Shown piece after piece: positions 27,127-32,658 of a DNA stretch of 32,658 bases. The DNA comes from Chthonomonadales bacterium (lineage in GTDB: Bacteria > Armatimonadota > Chthonomonadetes > Chthonomonadales > Chthonomonadaceae): NCBI GenBank assembly GCA_038217285.1, contig JBBQPO010000028.1, positions 1 to 32,658 on the forward strand, read 5' to 3'. The notes under the pieces were generated by a model. The model ran no database searches. It was not told the origin of the DNA and saw only the letters and a list, made by a program, of their open reading frames with translations. The translations under genes were made by a program, and so were the position numbers. Position 1 is the stretch's first letter. The number at the start of each line of letters is the position of its first letter.

Positions 27127-28212
27127 CTACTCTCCCTTTGGCGGCAGCACGACGGGCAGGGCTAGCTCTTCGACCTGCCATGTCTCGCGCTCCTGGCTGT
27201 CGGCCAGCGTTCCGGCCCCGTGCACCCAGTAGGCGGCACGCTGTACGAAGGCCTGCGCCCGTTCGCCGAAATAGACGGTATCGAAGTGAAGGTCGGTGTC
27301 GGTATGCTGCACCAGAAGGTCGCCGGGATCGTCTCCGAAAAAGCGCAGTGTGTTGCCGTTCCGGTCGAACTGCACCGCACTCGACAGGTCGCACGGCACC
27401 CAGCCGACGCCTTCGGCCCAGAACTCCGACTTGACGTGCATCTTCATCATCGGCTCCCCAGCGACGGCCGACTTCGCCCAGCGCCCGCACAGCATCCGTG
27501 CCGGAATGCGGTTGGCCCGCAGCGCCGAGACAAGCAGGCCGGAAAAGCCTCCGCAGTCGGTTCTCGGGTCGCCGCAGATCTTCGACGCCTGACGAACCTG
27601 GAACGGACCGGTATAGAGATAGGCAGAGATGTGTTTGATGCCAAGAAAAATGCGTTCCGCAAAATCGATATCGGTTTCGTTCGCGCCGCGCACCAGTCGG
27701 TTCCGGTGGAGCCAGCCGAGAAACGCGGGGTCAGTGAAGTCTTCCGTCGGTGTTTTGGCGAGCGCTAGGCGACGCTCCTCCTCGCCGAGCGGAGCGACTT
27801 TTTCCAAAGGCGCGCCCGGCAGCAGTTTGCGCCGATAGAGGGTCGCTTCGGTGGTCACCTCGACGGTGACACCCTGCCGCTCCTCGGCCTCGCGCGCCGG
27901 CACCCGACTCACCAGGACCGGGCGTCGAAACGGACTCTTCTCGGTGTCCAGATGCCCCTCGTGGTTCATCACGACATGGATGTCCTGCTGACCCGGCAGT
28001 GTCGGCGGCATGGCGGCGAACAGCACCCACTCCTGCGGCGTGAACCTCGGCGTGTGCACCTGAAACGTATAGCTTGCCCGAATATGCCGCGCCGGAGTCG
28101 CTTCGATATGGTAGGCAGACGGCGTGAACCTCTGCTGCGCGCGGGCTGTGCCGCATGTCAGCGCGAGGTTTGCTATCAGAAGGGTGACATACATTCTATT
28201 TATGGCGGTCAT
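27127..28212 (-). CDS. Exported transglutaminase-like domain protein (putative Cys protease)
   Basis: Signal peptide (ARA-Q); DCGGFSGLLVSALRANRIPAR, HVKSEFW and GWVPCD give a Cys-His-Asp triad. Confidence 0.88.
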   Translation of the reverse strand: MTAINRMYVTLLIANLALTCGTARAQQRFTPSAYHIEATPARHIRASYTFQVHTPRFTPQEWVLFAAMPPTLPGQQDIHVVMNHEGHLDTEKSPFRRPVLVSRVPAREAEERQGVTVEVTTEATLYRRKLLPGAPLEKVAPLGEEERRLALAKTPTEDFTDPAFLGWLHRNRLVRGANETDIDFAERIFLGIKHISAYLYTGPFQVRQASKICGDPRTDCGGFSGLLVSALRANRIPARMLCGRWAKSAVAGEPMMKMHVKSEFWAEGVGWVPCDLSSAVQFDRNGNTLRFFGDDPGDLLVQHTDTDLHFDTVYFGERAQAFVQRAAYWVHGAGTLADSQERETWQVEELALPVVLPPKGE

Positions 28213-28238
28213 CTTACCTTAGCCTTTACCTGCCGTCG

Positions 28239-30005
28239 CTAGCTCGTGATGGCGAGGGGCGGAGCGTCGTAGCCTTCCAGGGCGACTTTGAACTGCTGAT
28301 TGTAGAGTCCGGCGTAGATGCCGTCCTGGGCCAGAAGCTCCTCGTGACTGCCCATCTCCTGAATGATGCCTTTGCTCATGACCACGATCTTGTCGGCCTT
28401 CACGATGGTGGAGAGACGGTGTGCGACCACGAAACTGGTGCGGCCCATCATCAGGCGGTCGAGAGCTTCCTGAATCAGGCTTTCGGTCTCGGAGTCGAGC
28501 GAGGAGGTCGCCTCGTCCAGGATCAGAATGCGCGGATCGGAGAGAATGGCGCGGGCAATGGCGAGACGCTGTTTCTCCCCGCCGGAGAGCTTGACGCCCT
28601 GTTCGCCGAGTCGTGTGTCGTAGCCGCGCGGCAGCGCTTCGATAACGTGGGCGATATTGGCGGCGCGGGCGGCCTCCTCTACCTGTGCGTCGGTGGCATT
28701 CAGTTTGCCGTAGCGGATGTTCTCGCGAATGGTCGCGTTGAACAGCACCGTCTCCTGGATCACGACGCCGACCTGCTGCCGGACGCTCTTCAACTGCACA
28801 TCGCGCAGGTCGTGGCCGTCGATCCGCAGGCAGCCGCCGGTCACGTCGTAGTGGCGCTGCAGCAGATTGACCATCGTCGTCTTGCCTGAGCCGGACTGTC
28901 CGACGAAGGCGACCATCTGCCCGGCTTTTACGTCGAGGTTTACGCCTTTGATGACCGGCTGTCCCGGCTCGTATTCGAACCAGACATCCTCGTAGCGCAC
29001 AGCGCCCTGCACCATCGGCAGGGCCAGGGCGTTGGGACGGTCGTTGACAATGGGCTTGGTGTCGAGCGTTTGAAAGATTCGGCCCAGCGCGGTGCTGGTT
29101 CGGGCGATCTGATCGTTCAACTGGATGAGGCGCACCGTGGGCCCGTAGAGATAGCCGCCCAGGAAGCCGTAGAACGCCATGAGGGAGCCCGGCGTCAGGT
29201 GGCCCTGCATGACGAGTCGTCCGCCGTACCAGAGCAGCAGGCCCGTGCCGACCCCGCTGCCGATGAACTCGGCGATGGTCCAGAGGCCGGTGCTGAGCAT
29301 TGTCATGCGGACGTTCAGGCCGAGCAGGTTGCGGGTCTCCCCGACGAACTGCCGGACCTCATACCGCTCTTTCGCGTAGGACTTGACGATCTGCACTCCG
29401 GCCAGCTTTTCCTGCAGGTCGCCATAGATGACTTCCCGCTGCTCGCGCACCTCGTGACTGGTAAATTTGATGCGCCCGATGAAGGTCAGGTAGTTGAGGA
29501 CGTAGATCGGATAGACGATGAGCGCCACCAGGGCCAGGTGCCAGTTGATGAAGAAGATGATGCACATCGCCCCGATCAGCGTGACACTGTCGTTCAGCAC
29601 GTTCACGAAGCCGCCGCCGATCAGTTGGTCGAGTGAGGCGACGTCGTTGGTGATGTTGGACATCAGCTTGCCGGTCTGACTCTTCTCGAAGAAGCCGAGC
29701 GAGAGCGTCTGCATGTGGGCGTAGAGCCTGCGCCGCATCTCGAACTTGAACTTCTGACCGAGCAGAGTGATGGAGTAGGTGAGCCAGTAGCCGAAGAAAG
29801 CGCTGCCCAGCGCCAGGCCGACAATGAGCAGGAAGACGCCCGGCAGATTGACGTGTCTGTGCTGCTGAAGATTGTCCGTGAGGTAGCGCAGGATGAGGGG
29901 CGGCGGCAAGCTCAAGGTCGAGTTGACGAGGGTAAGGAGGGCGATTATAAGGAGAAGCCGCCAGTAGCCACGAACCTCTCGAAGAAAGCGCTTGAAGTTT
30001 TGCAT
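28239..30005 (-). CDS. ABC exporter half-transporter (TMD+NBD, MsbA/MdlA-like)
   Basis: GQSGSGKT, LSGGE, ILILDE, VAHRLST. The start MQNFKRFL at 30005 aligns with the paralogue's MGHFRRLL. Confidence 0.95.
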   Translation of the reverse strand: MQNFKRFLREVRGYWRLLLIIALLTLVNSTLSLPPPLILRYLTDNLQQHRHVNLPGVFLLIVGLALGSAFFGYWLTYSITLLGQKFKFEMRRRLYAHMQTLSLGFFEKSQTGKLMSNITNDVASLDQLIGGGFVNVLNDSVTLIGAMCIIFFINWHLALVALIVYPIYVLNYLTFIGRIKFTSHEVREQREVIYGDLQEKLAGVQIVKSYAKERYEVRQFVGETRNLLGLNVRMTMLSTGLWTIAEFIGSGVGTGLLLWYGGRLVMQGHLTPGSLMAFYGFLGGYLYGPTVRLIQLNDQIARTSTALGRIFQTLDTKPIVNDRPNALALPMVQGAVRYEDVWFEYEPGQPVIKGVNLDVKAGQMVAFVGQSGSGKTTMVNLLQRHYDVTGGCLRIDGHDLRDVQLKSVRQQVGVVIQETVLFNATIRENIRYGKLNATDAQVEEAARAANIAHVIEALPRGYDTRLGEQGVKLSGGEKQRLAIARAILSDPRILILDEATSSLDSETESLIQEALDRLMMGRTSFVVAHRLSTIVKADKIVVMSKGIIQEMGSHEELLAQDGIYAGLYNQQFKVALEGYDAPPLAITS

Positions 30006-30191
30006 CGCGTTGGTTCCCGGGGCAAACTCTGTGTCCGCACCGAGGTGCGAACAACAAAGCCTCTGCGACTTCCCGACATCGGGAACTCCCAAAGGCGATT
30101 CTCTGCCGTTCTTCGGTTAGCAATGCGCTTATGATACCCCAAAACTCGCGAAAACCGTTCCAAACTGCAATATCAGCGCTGTTCTGGGGTC

Positions 30192-30226
30192 AAAAAATTC
30201 CCCACCGGGCTATTGCCGGCGGGGAA
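30192..30226 (-). terminator. Rho-independent terminator
   Basis: On the minus strand: TTCCCCGCCGG-caatagc-CCGGTGGGGAA followed by TTTTTT, 26 nt after the stop at 30253. Confidence 0.85.
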
Positions 30227-30252
30227 GACAGAGAGAATCGGAGTGTTCGCTC

Positions 30253-31713
30253 CTACTGGACGCTGACGATATCCTTCTCCGTGATGGGTTTCTGGTTCAG
30301 GACCTGCTCCCGCGTGATCTTGTAGGTGACGCGGATCATGCGCAGCGGTTGACCGTGATTGGGGAACGGAATAGTCTGACCGTCCCAGACCGGCAGTTTG
30401 CCGCCCTGTCCCTCGATGTAGGTGGTGCCGGCGAGGTCGGGATCGGGGTTCATATAGAGATGGGACTTGTCGACGTCCGTCAATCCCTCCCCGCTCCAGC
30501 CGAAACGGTCCAGCAGATGCGGGGCCGTGTTGCGCGGATTGTAGGAGAGCACGACCCGATAGGTGGGCTGGCTGAAGCTGTACATCTTCGGATCCTTGCT
30601 CATGTCCATTTCACGCTCGAACCGGTTTTTGCGGACCGAGATGCTGTCCATAAGGATCGTCTGCGCGGGATCGACCGAAAAGTCGTTGAGCGTGCGAGTG
30701 ATCTTGTGATCCTGATAATCCCAGTCCGTAATGCGCACATCGATACGGGCGCCGTCCTGGGAGTTGAACTGCCCGCCGATCTTGAACACCCTGGGGCGAA
30801 CGATCTGCACCTCCGGCACAAAGGCGACATCCCACGGACGAGGCGTCTTGTCGGCGCTGCCGGGCGGCGGCTCCAGCACTTCGGGATAGGGCGACGGATT
30901 GACCGAATCGTGCCCTGTGGCACTATAGCGGTTGCGAACGCGCTGCAGGTTCTCGGCGTAGTTTCGACGCTCTGCCTCGTGCAGCGACTTGGTGGAGTAG
31001 TCGTCCGGTTTGCGCTTGAGCATCTCTGCGCTGCGATCCAGCGCCTTCTGCCATTCGATCAGGGCTTCGGGAATGCGGCCCTGTTTTTCGTAGGTGTGCG
31101 CCAGAATATGCAGCGTCTTCAGCGGGGCTCCGTAGGGGAAGTCGTCGCCCTTGCTGTTGGGCTTCGTCTCCACCGTCTTTTTGAAAGCCTCCTCTGCCCC
31201 GATGAAGTCCTTGATCTTGTCGTACCGCTGCCAGCCCAGCTCGAACTTGATATCGGGAATATCCATGTTATTCGCGACGCCTTCTTCCAGCAGACTCTGC
31301 GACGGCGCGACATAGCGGCGGTCGGAGCGCTCACTTGCATCGGTGAAGTTGTAGGCCAGGTGCCACGCGCCGGTGATATAGACGTTGTCGGCGTGGGGAT
31401 CGAGCCAGGTGATCAGACGCACCAGCGGCAGGATTGCGTCGTAGTCGCCGCTGTGGAAGAACTCGTCGCAGCGCACCCAGAGCAGGCCCGCCGCCGCCTG
31501 CCGGAAGCCCAGCAGAGGCAGCAGCAGGAACTCGTTGTTCAGGCCGCCGGCGGCACCGCTAATGCCTATCTCCCCCTCGTGGAACTGTTTTGCGTCGGGA
31601 TCGATCCGGCCCTGCATAAAGGCTGCCAGCACCAGTCCGACCAGAGCGATGGGCAGCATCGTCATGCGCCGCCGCTGGGTATTGGCAGGATATTTTTTCG
31701 TTACGTTAGCCAT
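30253..31713 (-). CDS. Membrane-anchored TPR-like protein (resembles PilG/XapA-type partners of ABC-2 permeases)
   Basis: N-terminal TM; LGFRQAAAGLLWVR...ITWLDPH...VY...AWHLAYN; TPR-like LAHTYEKQGRIPEALIEWQKAL; beta-rich C-terminal domain. Confidence 0.7.
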   Translation of the reverse strand: MANVTKKYPANTQRRRMTMLPIALVGLVLAAFMQGRIDPDAKQFHEGEIGISGAAGGLNNEFLLLPLLGFRQAAAGLLWVRCDEFFHSGDYDAILPLVRLITWLDPHADNVYITGAWHLAYNFTDASERSDRRYVAPSQSLLEEGVANNMDIPDIKFELGWQRYDKIKDFIGAEEAFKKTVETKPNSKGDDFPYGAPLKTLHILAHTYEKQGRIPEALIEWQKALDRSAEMLKRKPDDYSTKSLHEAERRNYAENLQRVRNRYSATGHDSVNPSPYPEVLEPPPGSADKTPRPWDVAFVPEVQIVRPRVFKIGGQFNSQDGARIDVRITDWDYQDHKITRTLNDFSVDPAQTILMDSISVRKNRFEREMDMSKDPKMYSFSQPTYRVVLSYNPRNTAPHLLDRFGWSGEGLTDVDKSHLYMNPDPDLAGTTYIEGQGGKLPVWDGQTIPFPNHGQPLRMIRVTYKITREQVLNQKPITEKDIVSVQ

Positions 31714-31745
31714 GATTGGTTTCAGACTTTCCTCATCCTGGGCGG

Positions 31746-32558
31746 TCAGACTTCGCGGCGGTCGAAGATGATGACCGCAAGAATCAACAGAACCGCCGAG
31801 TAGACGATGGCGTAGACGATGTTGTTGAAGATGAAAACGCGCTCATTGGTGATCTCGGTCGTCGGGCGAATGATGGCGTTTTGAATGTTGAAGTTACCGA
31901 AGTTGGGCAGCATATAGTGAATGATGGTGCCGACGGTACGGGTGAGGCCGTTCCGGCTGGTGGTCAACGATTCGGTCACGCTGCTCAGGTTCCCCACCAT
32001 GAAGATACCGAACGACATGAAGAAGTTCAGCACGGGCGTAGCGAAGGTCGAGAAAAAGATCGTCAGCGCGGCCAGCAGCATCATCTGGAAGAAGGTCAGA
32101 ACGACGCCCTTGACCATCTCCATGGGCACTTTTCCGGAGACAATCCAGCGCAGGAGGCCCTGATCCGGCCCGACCGTGGTGGTCTGGAAGTAGATCAGCG
32201 CCAGGAAAACGGCGCCCATCGCAGCCACACTGAGGAAGACGATGGCGAAGCCGCCCAGGAACTTGCCCAGGACGAACTCGTACCGCTGGACGGGCTTGGA
32301 CAGCACCGTATAGATGGTACGCCGCTCGATCTCGACCGGAATCAGATAGATGCAGGTGACGATGGTGATGAACAGACCCGCCAGCAGAATGACGGCGAGA
32401 CCCAGGCTCCGCATGATGGTCTGGCTCTCCTTGGGCGTCAGGAAGCCGAGGACGGGGCCAAGACCGATGAGGAAAACGGCAACGATCAGAAAGATCCAGA
32501 AAACGCGCCGCCGCAGGGCTTCGCGTACCGTCTGGCGGGCAATCGCTATTGCGACCAT
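31746..32558 (-). CDS. ABC-2 type transporter permease (PilI/XapB/NosY-like)
   Basis: IARQTVREALRRR, EIERRTIYTVLSKPVQRYEFVLGKFLG, LPNFGNFN, terminal FDRREV; about 6 TM. Confidence 0.9.
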   Translation of the reverse strand: MVAIAIARQTVREALRRRVFWIFLIVAVFLIGLGPVLGFLTPKESQTIMRSLGLAVILLAGLFITIVTCIYLIPVEIERRTIYTVLSKPVQRYEFVLGKFLGGFAIVFLSVAAMGAVFLALIYFQTTTVGPDQGLLRWIVSGKVPMEMVKGVVLTFFQMMLLAALTIFFSTFATPVLNFFMSFGIFMVGNLSSVTESLTTSRNGLTRTVGTIIHYMLPNFGNFNIQNAIIRPTTEITNERVFIFNNIVYAIVYSAVLLILAVIIFDRREV

Positions 32559-32605
32559 GATGAAAAGGGCTCCTTATGTGTGCGACCGAAAATTTCGAAA
32601 AGCGG

Positions 32606-32658
32606 CTAAGCCGAAATGGAAGCCTCTTCACGGCGTACCGTTTCGACGAAGACGTCCT
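32606..32658 (-). CDS. C-terminal end of a probable ABC ATP-binding protein (truncated by window)
   Basis: Minus strand reads (E)DVFVETVRREEASISA*, like the 'LEDVF' tail of ABC-2 ATPases; lies directly upstream of the permease. Confidence 0.6.
   Translation of the reverse strand, partial: DVFVETVRREEASISA

Noticed and set aside
25354-27165. 603-aa plus-strand ORF and other long antisense ORFs (1068-2135, 5903-7093, 16934-18433, 30349-31803, 31716-32609)
   Set aside because: Shadow ORFs opposite well-supported genes, expected from GC-rich codon bias; no recognisable motifs.

Overview
GC-rich bacterial chromosomal window; the gene content loosely suggests Armatimonadota, which is inference only. 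The plus-strand block has the 3' end of a class I/II aminotransferase, a small exported beta-rich protein and an orphan protein with a degenerate HisKA-like tail. It then carries a hopanoid gene cluster (shc, acyltransferase-3, hpnH, hpnA, ispH, hpnG-like) that runs directly into a TolC/MFP/RND efflux operon, followed by an MFS transporter and cdsA. The efflux operon is split between the MFP and RND genes by a ~3.5 kb AT-rich cassette with no integrase. The cassette encodes a HEPN-like protein and a 922-aa protein with two NTPase domains (a KGGVGRT-variant ParA/MinD domain and a second P-loop ATPase). This is the best candidate here for an undescribed defence/conflict system. The minus-strand block has MarR, a NIL-domain protein, a glycogen debranching enzyme, a monoheme cytochrome c, two ABC half-exporters flanking a transglutaminase-like protein, and a TPR-like protein/ABC-2 permease/ABC ATPase module. 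A switch-like structured leader precedes the MFS gene. No rRNA, tRNA, CRISPR array or transposase was seen. All calls come from motif recognition by eye; no searches were run.
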